Of a DNA stretch of 64,000 nucleotides, positions 9,337-19,516 are shown in pieces. Source of the DNA: an uncultured Chloroflexia bacterium (lineage in GTDB: Bacteria; Chloroflexota; Limnocylindria; Limnocylindrales; CSP1-4); assembly GCA_963734535.1 (NCBI GenBank), contig CAVTHS010000010.1, forward strand, positions 64,001 to 128,000, in the 5' to 3' direction. Position 1 is the stretch's first letter. Each line of letters starts with the position of its first letter. A program made the position numbers and the translations under genes. A model generated the notes under the pieces. The model made no database searches. It saw only the letters and a list, made by a program, of their open reading frames with translations, and had not been told where the DNA came from.

Positions 9337-11019
9337 CTACTCCGCGCTGATCAGGTAGCGGTAGTGGGGTTGGAGGCCGGTCCGGACCTCCACGTCGTCG
9401 AGGGCCGGCCAGCGCGCGTGGATCCGCTGGGCGAGCCCCTCCGCCTCCGCCAGGCTCGCGTCCTCGCCGTACCACAGCGTCACGAGGCCGAAGCCCGGCG
9501 TGAACGAGCACAACCCCTCGAGGATGGCGGCATCGCGGTCGTCGCCGACGGCCAGCAGGCCGTCGTCGGGGTCGAGCGCCATGGTCTGCCCCTCGCGGAC
9601 CTGGTGGCCCCCGACGCGGGCGTCGCGCACCGCGGCGGTCACCAGCAGCGTCTGGATCTCCCGGCTCGCGCGCAGCATCCGCTCGGCGTTGCCGCTCGCA
9701 CCGTCCGCGACCTGCAGCGCGAGCACGGCCGCCAGGCCTTCGGCGGCGTTGCGGGTCGGCACGACCCGCGTCGGGCGGTCGGACATCTCGGCAGCCTGCC
9801 CGGCCGCGAGCTTCACGTTGGGGTTGTTCGGCAGGATCAGGATCTCCTCCGCCGGGGAGCGGCCGATCGCCTCGAGGATCTCGCCCGCGCTGGGATTTTC
9901 CGCCTGGCCGCCGCGCACGATCTCCACGGCGACCTCACCGCTGAGGGCCACCTCCTCGAAGTACGGGGTGAACCCATCGCCCGGGACCACCGCGATGATG
10001 CCGAGCGGCACGCGCGCCCCGTCGGCGTCGGCGGGCTGCGCTTCGATCTCCGCGGTCGCGGACGCGCCCAGCCCGGCGCCAGAGCGTGCCTCGCGAACCT
10101 CGTCCGTCTGGTGGTCGAGATCGAGAACCGTGGCGTTCACGATCCGTCCCAGCCGGAGCGCCTGGCGCATGACGAGGTCCGGGCGGCCGTTGTGGACGTG
10201 GATCTTGGCTGCCTTGGCGTCGCCGGCCACGTTCACCGACTCGCCGGTCCGCACGAGGTATTCCGTGATCCGATCGAGATCGAGGAGCTGCCCGGGAAAC
10301 GGCCGGATGAGGTAGACCGTCTCGTACCCGTGGCCCGCGTCGCTGACGGCGGCCCCCGCCGGGACCGGGCTCGGAAAGGCAGAGGGGCGTGCCGCCGGCG
10401 CGGGTGCCTCGCCGCGCAGGAAGCCGAGGGCCCCCTCGAACAGACGCACCAGACCCGCTCCGCCGGAGTCGACGACGCCGGCGTCGCGGAGCACGGGCAG
10501 CAGGCTCGGCGTCTTGGCCAGCGCCTTCTCGGCGGCATCCGTGGCGCTGCTGAGGACGGCGGCGATGTCGTTCTCGCGCTCGGCGGTCGCGACGGCCGCC
10601 GCGGCGGCCTCGCGAATCACGGTCAGCATCGTGCCCTCGACGGGACGGGGCACCGCGCCGTAGGCGGCCGTGCTGGCCGACGCCAGGGCATGGGCAAGGT
10701 CCAGGCCGTTGAAGCGGCGGCGTCCGGCGAAACCCTCGGCGAGGCCGCGCACGACCTGGCTCAGGATCACCCCGGAGTTGCCACGCGCCCCGAAGAGGGC
10801 GCCCTCGCGGAGCCGGTCGGCGACCCCCTCCACGCTGGAATCGTCGCGGACGTAGCGCAGCATCTCCGTGCAGGTCGCCAGCATGTTCGAGCCGGTGTCG
10901 CCGTCCGGGACGGGGAAGACGTTGAGGGCGTTGATCTCGTCGGCGTGCCGCTCGAGGTTCGCGACGGCCGCGCGGACCGCCTCCAGCAGCCCGGCGCCGT
11001 CGCAGGCGAGTCGAACCAC
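9337..11019 (-). CDS. DAK2-domain fatty acid kinase catalytic subunit (FakA/YloV-like)
   Basis: INALNVFPVPDGDTGSNM, GARGNSGVILSQ, EGTMLTV, GVVDSGG, LPNNPN. Confidence 0.93.
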   Translation of the reverse strand: MVRLACDGAGLLEAVRAAVANLERHADEINALNVFPVPDGDTGSNMLATCTEMLRYVRDDSSVEGVADRLREGALFGARGNSGVILSQVVRGLAEGFAGRRRFNGLDLAHALASASTAAYGAVPRPVEGTMLTVIREAAAAAVATAERENDIAAVLSSATDAAEKALAKTPSLLPVLRDAGVVDSGGAGLVRLFEGALGFLRGEAPAPAARPSAFPSPVPAGAAVSDAGHGYETVYLIRPFPGQLLDLDRITEYLVRTGESVNVAGDAKAAKIHVHNGRPDLVMRQALRLGRIVNATVLDLDHQTDEVREARSGAGLGASATAEIEAQPADADGARVPLGIIAVVPGDGFTPYFEEVALSGEVAVEIVRGGQAENPSAGEILEAIGRSPAEEILILPNNPNVKLAAGQAAEMSDRPTRVVPTRNAAEGLAAVLALQVADGASGNAERMLRASREIQTLLVTAAVRDARVGGHQVREGQTMALDPDDGLLAVGDDRDAAILEGLCSFTPGFGLVTLWYGEDASLAEAEGLAQRIHARWPALDDVEVRTGLQPHYRYLISAE

Positions 11020-11020
11020 G

Positions 11021-11509
11021 CTAGGCAGCCCCGACCGTGGAGCCCGGGCGGGCAGGGTCGGGCGCCGGTGCGGAGTCGGCAGCTGCCGCGGCCACCGGCG
11101 GGTCGATGCGGGCAGCCCTCACGGCCGGCGGCGGAGCCGGCATCGCTGCGGACGAGGCGAAGCGCCGGTTGCTCAAGCCCTGCACGTGGATCGACACCGG
11201 GCCGACCTCCCGCGCGAGCGCCCGCTCGAGCCGGTAGCGGACCGCCGAGTCGACCTGCCGCGCGACCTCCGCGACCGGGACGCCGTAGGCGACCGTCAGC
11301 CAGACCTCGGTCGTGACGGTCGGGTGGAGCGTCACGCGGATCGCCCGGCTCCCCAGCCCCAGCCGCACGCGGCAGCGCGCCAGGAGGGTGGGCTCGGCGA
11401 GGCCGGTGACACCGTAGCTGCCCAGCGCAGCGTCGCGCACGATCTCGCTCAGCGCCCGGCGCGCCACGACGGCCCGGCCCGGCACGCCACGTGTCGGCTC
11501 CTCGGGCAT
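11021..11509 (-). CDS. Asp23/Gls24 family protein (YloU-like)
   Basis: AALGSYGVTGL...VAYGVPVAEVARQV...VSIHVQG; directly upstream of the DAK2 gene. Confidence 0.85.
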   Translation of the reverse strand: MPEEPTRGVPGRAVVARRALSEIVRDAALGSYGVTGLAEPTLLARCRVRLGLGSRAIRVTLHPTVTTEVWLTVAYGVPVAEVARQVDSAVRYRLERALAREVGPVSIHVQGLSNRRFASSAAMPAPPPAVRAARIDPPVAAAAADSAPAPDPARPGSTVGAA

Positions 11510-11663
11510 CGGGATCTCCTCGCGATTCGACGGCTGGACGCGGACGATGTGCTAGCATACAGCCTCCCCGGACCCCTTCCGCGGCGGCGCTTCCGCGTGC
11601 CGAGAGGGGCAGATGGGAACGGCGGGCTACCCGCCGACCGAGCACCCTGAACTGAGGAACCTG

Positions 11664-11861
11664 ATGGCCCGGAGCTGCGCGATCTGCGGCAAGGTCTCCA
11701 TGGGCGGCTTCAACCCGCAGTCGAGCGGGATGAACCGCGTCCGTGCGCACCGCCGCTACCAGCCGAACCTGCAGCCGCTCGCCGTCGTCGAAGGCGGCAT
11801 CTCGACCCGCAAGCTCGTCTGCACCCGGTGCCGGCGCACGCAGACCAAGAAGAGCCGCTGA
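11664..11861 (+). CDS. rpmB: 50S ribosomal protein L28
   Basis: MARSCAICGK...RRYQPNLQ...VCTRCRR; divergent from asp23/DAK2; GAGGA upstream. Confidence 0.92.
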   Translation: MARSCAICGKVSMGGFNPQSSGMNRVRAHRRYQPNLQPLAVVEGGISTRKLVCTRCRRTQTKKSR

Positions 11862-11942
11862 CCCGTCACCGGGGCGCCCGTCGCCCCGGCTCCGCTGCCG
11901 CCCGACCCGGCCATGTGCCGGGTCGCTGCATATCCGGCGCAG

Positions 11943-12389
11943 TCAGCGATCCGCGCTGTCGAGCCAGATCGTGAACGGCCCGTCGTTCACGATCTCGACC
12001 TCCATCGCCGCGCCGAACCGCCCGCGCTCGACGCCCGTCCCGGTCGCCTCCAGCGCGTCGCAGAAGCGGCGGTAGAGCGTCTCAGCGTGAGCCGGCGCAG
12101 CCGCCCCGGCGAAGCCCGGCCGGCGTCCGCGCCCGAGGTCCGCATAGAGCGTGAACTGGCTCACCGCGAGCACGGAGCCGCCGACGGCGCCGAGGGCGAG
12201 GTTGGTCCGGCCCGCGGCATCCTCGAAGATCCGGAGCTCCACGATCCGGCGGGCGAGCAGATCCGCGGTCGCCTCGTCGTCACCGGGCGCGACACCCAGC
12301 AGGACGAGCAGGCCGCGGCCGATCGCGCCGACGCGCTCGCCGGACACCCGGACCTCGGCGCGGCTGACACGCTGGAGCAGCGCCCGCAC
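11943..12389 (-). CDS. dtd: D-aminoacyl-tRNA deacylase
   Basis: RALLQRVSRAEV, VSQFTL, FGAAMEVEIVNDGPFTI. Confidence 0.96.
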   Translation of the reverse strand: MRALLQRVSRAEVRVSGERVGAIGRGLLVLLGVAPGDDEATADLLARRIVELRIFEDAAGRTNLALGAVGGSVLAVSQFTLYADLGRGRRPGFAGAAAPAHAETLYRRFCDALEATGTGVERGRFGAAMEVEIVNDGPFTIWLDSADR

Positions 12390-12394
12390 CGACC

Positions 12395-13390
12395 TCAGGC
12401 CCCGGGATCGGGCCGCGCGTCCCCCGTCGCGGCGAGGATTCGCGCCCGCCACGCAGCGGCCTCCGCGCATGCCGCGTCGCGTGCCTCCGAGAAGTTGTCG
12501 CGCGCCCAGCCCTCCGCGCTCCGCGGGACCAGCAGGTCGTAGTCGCGGACGCCGTCCGGGTTGATCTGCCCGTCGCCGCGCAGCATGAGCACCGGCACGT
12601 CGCGGAGCTCGATCGCGTCGCGGAGGGGACCCGCCAGGTGCTTCGGCAGCTGCGCAAAACGGACCATCTCGTCACGCGGGCGGGGCGGCACGCCGGCGTT
12701 CAGGTCGTTCGCGAACCCTTCGTCGGCCAGCGTCCGAACCAGGCGCACCTCGCGGGCCTGGTCCCGGCCCTTCATGAAGAGCGCCGTCCCCACCACGAGC
12801 ACATCCGCGCCCAGGCCGCCAACCAGCTCGGCGGTCTCGCGGTTCACTCCGCCATCGACGTGGACCTCGCCGCCCCATGGCTTGTGCGAGAGGAGGTCGC
12901 GTGCCGGGAGGATCTTCGCCTTCGCGACGTCGGCCATGAACGCCTGGCCACCGAAGCCCGGCTCCACCGTCATCACCATCACGATGTCGAGGAGCTCCCG
13001 GTAGGGCTCGAGGGCGGCGAGGGGTGTGCCCGGGCGGAGCGCCAGCCCCGCGGCCCGGCCCGCCGCCCGGATCCGTCGAAGGACCGGCTCGATCGGCTCG
13101 GTGATCTCGACGTGGATCGTGATCGAGTCGCAGCCGGCGTCGAGGAACTCGTCGAGCCAGCGGCCCGGCTGGGCGATCATCAGGTGCGCGTCGAAGGGGG
13201 CCTTGGTGACGGGTCGCAGCGCCCGGATGGTACCTGCCCCGAACGTGAGGTTGGGCACGAAGCGGGCATCCATCACGTCCAGGTGGATCCGGTCCGCGCC
13301 GGCCCGGATGACGCGCCGGACCTCGTACGCCAGGTTGCCGAGGTTCGCGTTCAGGATGCTGGCGGCGATGCGGGCGCGGCCGTCGCCCAT
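12395..13390 (-). CDS. rpe: Ribulose-phosphate 3-epimerase with a ~110 aa C-terminal extension
   Basis: IAASIL, HLDVMDARFVPNLTFG, DAHLMI, MTVEPGFGGQAF, VDGGVN. Confidence 0.94.
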   Translation of the reverse strand: MGDGRARIAASILNANLGNLAYEVRRVIRAGADRIHLDVMDARFVPNLTFGAGTIRALRPVTKAPFDAHLMIAQPGRWLDEFLDAGCDSITIHVEITEPIEPVLRRIRAAGRAAGLALRPGTPLAALEPYRELLDIVMVMTVEPGFGGQAFMADVAKAKILPARDLLSHKPWGGEVHVDGGVNRETAELVGGLGADVLVVGTALFMKGRDQAREVRLVRTLADEGFANDLNAGVPPRPRDEMVRFAQLPKHLAGPLRDAIELRDVPVLMLRGDGQINPDGVRDYDLLVPRSAEGWARDNFSEARDAACAEAAAWRARILAATGDARPDPGA

Positions 13391-14844
13391 CAGCGACTCC
13401 CCCGCCGGGCCGGACCCGGTGGCCGTCGCCCCGCCGGGCCGCGGCGATCGGGACGCGCGGCGGGACCGAGCCCTGCCGGGCGCGGCGATGGCGGCCGTGG
13501 CGCATCAGCGCGAGCCGCCTTGGGGCCCGTGGCCGCCGGACGCAACGTCGTGGGGCCGGACCCGGGCCGGCGCGGCGTGGGAGGTCGAGGCGTGACGCGG
13601 TCCATGATTGGCCGCACCGAGGCGGCCGGCAGGCCTGGCATCACCGGCTCCTGGCTGCGCTCGCCGGCGAGCGCAGCCGCCGACGCCGCAACGAGCCGCT
13701 CGCGACGGCGCGCGACGGCCACGGCGGTGGGTTCCGCCGACTTCTCCGCGGCGAGCTGGCCGCATGCCGCGCCGACCTCCTGGCCGCGGTTCCGCCGGAT
13801 CGTGACCCCGATCCCCGCCGCCCGCAGGCGGCCGGCAAACGCCTCCATGCGCTCGGCCGAGCTGGCCTGCCACGGCGTGTGGGCAACCGGGTTCATCGGG
13901 ATGCAATTCACGTGGCTGCCGGACCCTGCGATCAGCCGCGCCAGCGCGTCCGCGTCCGCAGCCGTGTCGTTGAGGCCGTCGATCATCACGTACTCGTAGC
14001 TCACCCGCCGGCCGGTCGCCGCCGCGTAGCCGGCCGCAGCGGCGACCACCGCCCGGACCGGCCAGCGCCGGTTGAGCGGGACGAGAAGGTCGCGCAGGGA
14101 ATCGCGCGCCGCATGGAGGCTCACCGCGAGCGTCCACTGCGGACCCAGGGCGGTCAGGCGCTCGATCCCGGGCACGACGCCCGAGGTGGAGATCGTGACG
14201 TGGCGGGAGCCCAGCCCGAAGCGATCGCCGTCGGTGAGAACCAGGGCCGCTCCGATCACGGCGTCGAGGTTGAGGAGCGGCTCGCCCATCCCCATGAACA
14301 CGAGGTTCGTCAGGTGGCGATCGCGAGCCATGAGCCGGCGCCGGGCGTGACGGGCCTGGTCCACGATCTCCGCCACGTCCAGGTCGCGCTCGAACCCGAG
14401 CTCGCCGGTGGCGCAGAACGGGCAGCCGACGGCACAGCCGGCCTGGCTGCTGATGCACAACGTGTTCCGCTCGCGCCGCTCGCCGCGGGCCGGGTAGTGC
14501 ATGAGGACGCTCTCGACGAGCCGTCCGTCCGAGAGGCGATGGAGCGCCTTCTCCGTGGCATCGTCGTCGGCAAGGCGGAGGTCGGTCTCGGCGACGGTGT
14601 CGAAGCGGAGACGCTCGGCCAGGCCGACCCGGAGTGGCCGGGCAAGGGTCGTGACCGCATCCCACGACGCGGCCTCCGAGCGCCAGACGGCGTCGGCGAC
14701 CTGCTGCGCCCGAAAGGCCGGCTCCCCCATCGAGGCAAGCAGCCCCACGAGCTCCGTCGGCTCGACGCCGGACACGCCGGGGCGCGGGTCGCGCGCGAGG
14801 GGCACGACGGGCAGCCCGATGGACGGGACGGTGGGCTCGGTCAT
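13390..14844 (-). CDS. rlmN: Dual-specificity RNA methyltransferase RlmN
   Basis: CISSQAGCAVGCPFC radical-SAM motif, MGMGEP, AVSLHA, AACGQL; low-complexity C-terminal tail. Confidence 0.95.
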   Translation of the reverse strand: MTEPTVPSIGLPVVPLARDPRPGVSGVEPTELVGLLASMGEPAFRAQQVADAVWRSEAASWDAVTTLARPLRVGLAERLRFDTVAETDLRLADDDATEKALHRLSDGRLVESVLMHYPARGERRERNTLCISSQAGCAVGCPFCATGELGFERDLDVAEIVDQARHARRRLMARDRHLTNLVFMGMGEPLLNLDAVIGAALVLTDGDRFGLGSRHVTISTSGVVPGIERLTALGPQWTLAVSLHAARDSLRDLLVPLNRRWPVRAVVAAAAGYAAATGRRVSYEYVMIDGLNDTAADADALARLIAGSGSHVNCIPMNPVAHTPWQASSAERMEAFAGRLRAAGIGVTIRRNRGQEVGAACGQLAAEKSAEPTAVAVARRRERLVAASAAALAGERSQEPVMPGLPAASVRPIMDRVTPRPPTPRRPGSGPTTLRPAATGPKAARADAPRPPSPRPAGLGPAARPDRRGPAGRRPPGPARRGSR

Positions 14845-14854
14845 CGAGGCACGA

Positions 14855-15795
14855 TTATCCCACTCGCGACCCGGCAAGCCCGGGACGACCGCGCAGGAGC
14901 GCGCCGCCGTCCATCGGGCGGCCGCCGGCCGGCTGCACCTCGAGCAGCTGCAGGCGCCCGTCGGGCGTCGCGATCGCAAGGCCCGCCGCGCCATCGTCGA
15001 CGAGCCGGCCCGGCTCGTCGCCCTCCCGGGATGGCATGACCGCGGCGCGCAGGACCGCGATCCGGCCGCCTGCCGTGTCGACGAACGTGCCGGGCCACGG
15101 GCGAAGCGCGCGGACCTGGCGTTCGAGCGCGGCCGCCGAGCGAGTCGCGTCCAGCCGGCCGTCCTCGCGCCGGAAGGGCCGCGTGGCGCTCACCCCGTCC
15201 GGCGGCTGGGCGGCCGCCGGGAGCGCCCCCTGCAGCCACGGGCCCAGGGTTCGGCGAAGCAAGCCGGCCGCGACGGCTGCCAGCTGTGCCTCGAGCGATG
15301 GCGCGTCCACGCCCCCCGGCAGCGGGACCAGTTCGCTCGCGACGATCGGCCCCGTGTCCATGCCCGCGTCCATCCGGAACAGGGTGACCCCGGTATCCGT
15401 GTCGCCCTCGAGGATGGCCGCCGGGATCGGCGTCGCCCCGCGATGGCGAGGCAGCAGGGATGGGTGCAGGTTGAGGATGCCCTTTTGGGGGAGGTCCAGG
15501 ATGGCTGGCGGGAGGAGCTTGCCGTAGTCGGCAAGGATGCCGATCTCCGGGCACAGTGCGGCCAGCTGGTCGACGAATGCCGGATCCCGGAGGCGGGCCG
15601 GGGCGAGGATCGGCAAGCCGAGCCGTCCGGCTCGGTCCCCCACCGGCGTCGGCGTGACGACCGCGGCACGCCCCGCGGGCCGCGGCGGGGCCGTCACGAC
15701 CGCGACGAGCGTCAGCTCCGGCGCGGCGACGAGCACATCGAGGACCGGGACTGCGAACGCCCCGGAGCCGAAGAAGATCGCCCGCGCGGGCTCAG
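14855..15795 (-). CDS. fmt: Methionyl-tRNA formyltransferase (start unresolved)
   Basis: RAIFFGSGAFA (upstream of the tracked ORF start), LNLHPSLLPRHRGATPI, MDAGMDTG; follows def. Confidence 0.93.
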
Positions 15796-16352
15796 CCGCG
15801 GGATGCCGCCTTGGCCCGCTCGGGGTCGATCCCGCGCTCCTCGAGCGCTGCGTCCGCGGCCCGGTCCTCCTCGTCGTCCATGCCGCCGCGTCCGACGGGG
15901 ATCAGCTCGTCCGGCGACGCGAGGTAGTCCACGTAGAGCTTCCCCTGCAGGTGGTCCAGCTCGTGCTGGAACGCCCGCCCGAGGAAGCCCGATCCTGCGA
16001 CCTTGAACTTCCGGCCCACGCGGTTCTGGGCAACCACCCAGACCTTCTCCTTCCGCGTCACGTACGCCACGTAGCCCGGAATGGAGAGGCATCCCTCGAG
16101 ATCGCGGTTCTCTCCGTCCTCGCGGACGATCCGCGGGTTCACGAGCTCGAACAGCCGATCCTCGACCTCGACGACGGCGACGTTCAGCGCCTCGCCGAGC
16201 TGCGGCGCGGCGAGGCCGACACCCGGCGCATGGCGCATCGTGTCGATCAGGTCGTCGACCAGCCCGTGGAGGAACTTGTTGAAGGATTCCACCGGCTGAC
16301 CGCGGAGCCGGAGCCGCGGGTCGCCGAGGGTGAGGATGGGCAGGACACTCAT
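15792..16352 (-). CDS. def: Peptide deformylase
   Basis: GVGLAAPQLG, EGCLS, QHELDHLQG. Confidence 0.97.
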   Translation of the reverse strand: MSVLPILTLGDPRLRLRGQPVESFNKFLHGLVDDLIDTMRHAPGVGLAAPQLGEALNVAVVEVEDRLFELVNPRIVREDGENRDLEGCLSIPGYVAYVTRKEKVWVVAQNRVGRKFKVAGSGFLGRAFQHELDHLQGKLYVDYLASPDELIPVGRGGMDDEEDRAADAALEERGIDPERAKAASRG

Positions 16353-16358
16353 GGCGCG

Positions 16359-16364
16359 AGTATA
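16359..16364 (-). promoter_or_regulatory. -10 box (TATACT) of a probable leaderless def transcript
   Basis: TATACT 6 nt upstream of the ATG; no SD. Confidence 0.6.
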
Positions 16365-16431
16365 CGAGAGGCGTGGGCCCGGCCCTCACGGCGCGTCCGA
16401 CCTGGCCGCCGCCCACGCCCCCGCCGGGATG

Positions 16432-16833
16432 TCAGGCGCCCGCGCCCTCGTCATCGGACGCGCTCCGATCCGCCGCCGGCCCGGGGCCGTCACCCTTCGC
16501 CGCGGGCTCATCCGCGTCCACGCGGTGCCGCAGCTCCTCCGCGAGGCGCCGCGAACGGTCCGCCACGCGCGCCCCGACCTCCTCGGTCTTCTCGGCGGCT
16601 CGCTTGGCGAAGGGGCCGGCCTTCTCGCCCGCGACGGCCGCGAGCTCGGCCGCCTTTGCGGCCACATCCCTGGCGACGGGGGCGGCGTGCGCAGTGACCT
16701 GGTCGATCATCTGCTGGAGCTGGGCGAGCCATTCGCGGGCCTGCGATGGGGTGCTCCCATCCGGCGGCACGCCACCATCGGCAGCCGGCTGATCGGCCAC
16801 AGGCTCGGTGGGCGGGATCTGCTCGTCGGTCAT
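16432..16833 (-). CDS. Hypothetical helical protein
   Basis: AAGGAG SD upstream; Ala/Lys/Glu-rich amphipathic core with disordered ends. Confidence 0.7.
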   Translation of the reverse strand: MTDEQIPPTEPVADQPAADGGVPPDGSTPSQAREWLAQLQQMIDQVTAHAAPVARDVAAKAAELAAVAGEKAGPFAKRAAEKTEEVGARVADRSRRLAEELRHRVDADEPAAKGDGPGPAADRSASDDEGAGA

Positions 16834-16964
16834 CGGTCGTCTCCTTGCAGCGGGTTCGGGACAATTCTCCCACCCCCGGGAGGGAGCCGGTCATGTGCCG
16901 TCTGTACCGTCCCGTGCCCGGGACGGAATCCACACCTCGACGCGAGCGTCGCATCGGGGCGGGA

Positions 16965-19512
16965 TCAGAGCAGGCTCTCCGGGTCCACGTCCACCGACCA
17001 CGGCGGCCCCGGGTCTCCCCCGAGCAGCGCCAGCGGATCGGCGCCGCGGAGCACCAGGTTGAAGCGCCAGCGTCCCCCCCGGCGTGGCACGTACGCGGGA
17101 GCGGGTCCCGCGATCGAGATCGGCGAGGGCATGCCGGCCGCCCGCGAGCGGAGCAGCTCCGCCATCGTTCGCCCCTCGGCCCGGGCCGCCTCGCGGTCCT
17201 CGGCGCCCACCGTGAGCTTGACCGTCCTCCCGAACGGAGGCGCGCCGAACTGCTCGCGCAGGGCAAGCTCGGCGAGGTAGAAAGCGTCCGCGTCGCCGGC
17301 CACGACGGCCCGGATGGCCGGATGGTCGGGCTGGTACGTCTGGATCACCGCGCGTCCCCGCCGCTCGCCGCGGCCCGCGCGCCCGATCGCCTGGACCATG
17401 AGCTGGTAGGTCCGCTCCGCGGCACGCTCGTCGGGCAACGTCAGCGCGATGTCGGCCGAGACGATGCCGACCAGCGTGACCTCGGGCACGTCGAGGCCCT
17501 TCGTCACGAGGCTGGTCCCCACCAGGACATCGAGCCGTCCTTCGCTGAACGCATCGATCAGCCGCTCGGCGGCGCCGCGGCGCTCCACGACGTCGCGGTC
17601 GAGCCGCCCGACCCGGAGACCCGGGAAGCGCGCCTTCACTTCGCTCTCGAGCCGTTCGGTCCCCCCGCCGAGGAACCGGATCCGGGGCGAGCCACAGGCG
17701 GGGCATCGCGCGACCATCGGGGCGGCGGCGCCGCAGTGATGGCAGCGCAGCGTCATGCCGGCCTGGTGATAGACCAGCGGGCGCGTGCACTCCGGGCAGG
17801 CCTGGACGTGACCGCAGTCGCGACACAGGACCGCCGAGGCGGCGCCTCGCCGGTTGATGACCAGGATCGCTCGTTCCCCCGCTCCCGGGTCCAGGGCCGC
17901 GATCAGGGCGGCGAGGCGCTCGGAGACGAGGCCCCGGTTTCCGGCCGCCAGCTCCGCCCGCAGGTCGACCAGCTCCACGGCCGGTGCGGCCCCCGCCGCG
18001 CGATCCGCCAGGGTGCACCGCCGGTACTGGCCGCGCCGGGCGCGCCCGTACGTCTCGACGGAGGGCGTGGCGCTCCCCAGGATCACGGCGGCGCCCGCGA
18101 GGCGGCCCAACGTCACCGCCAGGTCGCGCGCCTGGATTCGCGGCGTGCGATCGCTCTTGTAGGCCGCGTCGTGCTCCTCGTCCACGATCACCAGGCCCAC
18201 GTCGGGCAGCGGCGCAAGGACCGCGATACGGGTCCCCACGACGACCTCGACGGCGCCGGCGCGAATCCGTCGCCAGGAGTCCGCGCGCTCGCCCTCCCCG
18301 AGGCCCGAATGAAAGATCACGACCTCGGCTCGCAGGTCCGCGCGAAGGCGGTCGACGAGCGGGAGCGCGAGCGCGATCTCGGGCACGAGGATCAGCGCCG
18401 GGCGGCCTGCCTCGAGCGACGCGGCGATCGCCTCGGCATAGACGGCGGTCCTGCCCGAGCCCGTCGGTCCGTCGAGGAGGAGCGGCGTCGGCTCCCGGGC
18501 CGCGATGGCCGCGACGGCGATGCGCACCGCAGCCGCCTGGCTCGGCGTGAGGTCGGATCCCGCCGGACGTGCGCCGCGGCGTCCCGCTCGAAGGCGCTCC
18601 GCAAGCGGATCGCGGTGCATCTCGCGCGTGGCGAGGGCCACGAGGCCGCGCCGCGACAGTGTCGTGGCGACCCCCTGGCCGTGGCGGCCCGCGAGATCGG
18701 GCGCCGGGATGCCCGGATCGTCGAGCGCGAGGCCGGCCAGCTCGCCGAGGAGCGCCCGCTGCCGCGGCCCGACCGGCCGTCCGTCCGGGGGCCGCGAGCC
18801 GCCGACGACCGAGCGCCCGGCGTCGGTGAGGCGGACAAGGCGCTCGTGGCGCGGCCCCGCTCCGGCAGCGCTCAGCGTCCACTCGAGGTGGACCCGGCCC
18901 TCGTCCTCCAGGGCCCGCAGGCGCCGGAGAAGCGCCGCCCGGCCGTCGGACGCGGCCAGGTCCCGGACCGCCCGCGGGCCTCCCGCGAGCGCCTCGAGCA
19001 GGTCCGCGGTCGCGCGATCCCGGCCGCCCGCCGCGGTCGCGCCAGGTGGACTGGTCGCCCCCGGGCGGGCTCGTCGCCCCGGGTGGGTCGAGCGGCGTCG
19101 CCACGAGCTCGAGCTTCTCGAGGAGCCCGGGCGGGAGCATCGCCCTGATCGCGAGCGCCGGCGGCGCCAGGTAGTGCGCCGCGATCTCCCGGGCGAGCGC
19201 CAGCGCGAGCGGTGGCAGGAGGGGCCCGTCAGCGCGCACGCGCGCCCCGAGGGGTCGGGCCGTGGCACTCTCCGGGGCGGGAGCATCGCCGAGCACGATC
19301 CCCACCGCTCGCCGGCGGCCCCATTCGACGAGGACGGGCTCGCCGGCGGCGACATCGGCAAGCTCGTCCGGCACCAGGTAGGTCCAGGTCCGCGTGCCCG
19401 CGACGCCGGCCGCGTCGACCGCGACCTCGACATGCCGCGGGGAGCCGGGAGCGGCGACCAGCCCAAGGTCGACCCGGTCGATCGCCGCGTCGGACGGCGC
19501 GACCTCGCTCAT
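16965..19512 (-). CDS. priA: Primosomal protein N' (one frameshift near 19040-19090)
   Basis: N-terminal VEVAVD...TWTYLVP in one frame; GPTGSGRT, LVPEIAL, DEEHD, CxxC clusters and QAIGRAGR in the other. Confidence 0.93.
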
Positions 19513-19516
19513 TGGC

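Noticed and set aside
7120-11316. Very long plus-strand ORFs (also 21313-25938, 550-2805, 52737-54971, and minus-strand 59001-61595)
   Set aside because: Antisense shadows of real GC-rich genes: no motifs and Arg/Pro/Gly-rich composition.
19040-19090. Programmed frameshift in priA
   Set aside because: No convincing slippery site plus stimulator, and similar indels are scattered across many genes, so sequencing error is more likely.
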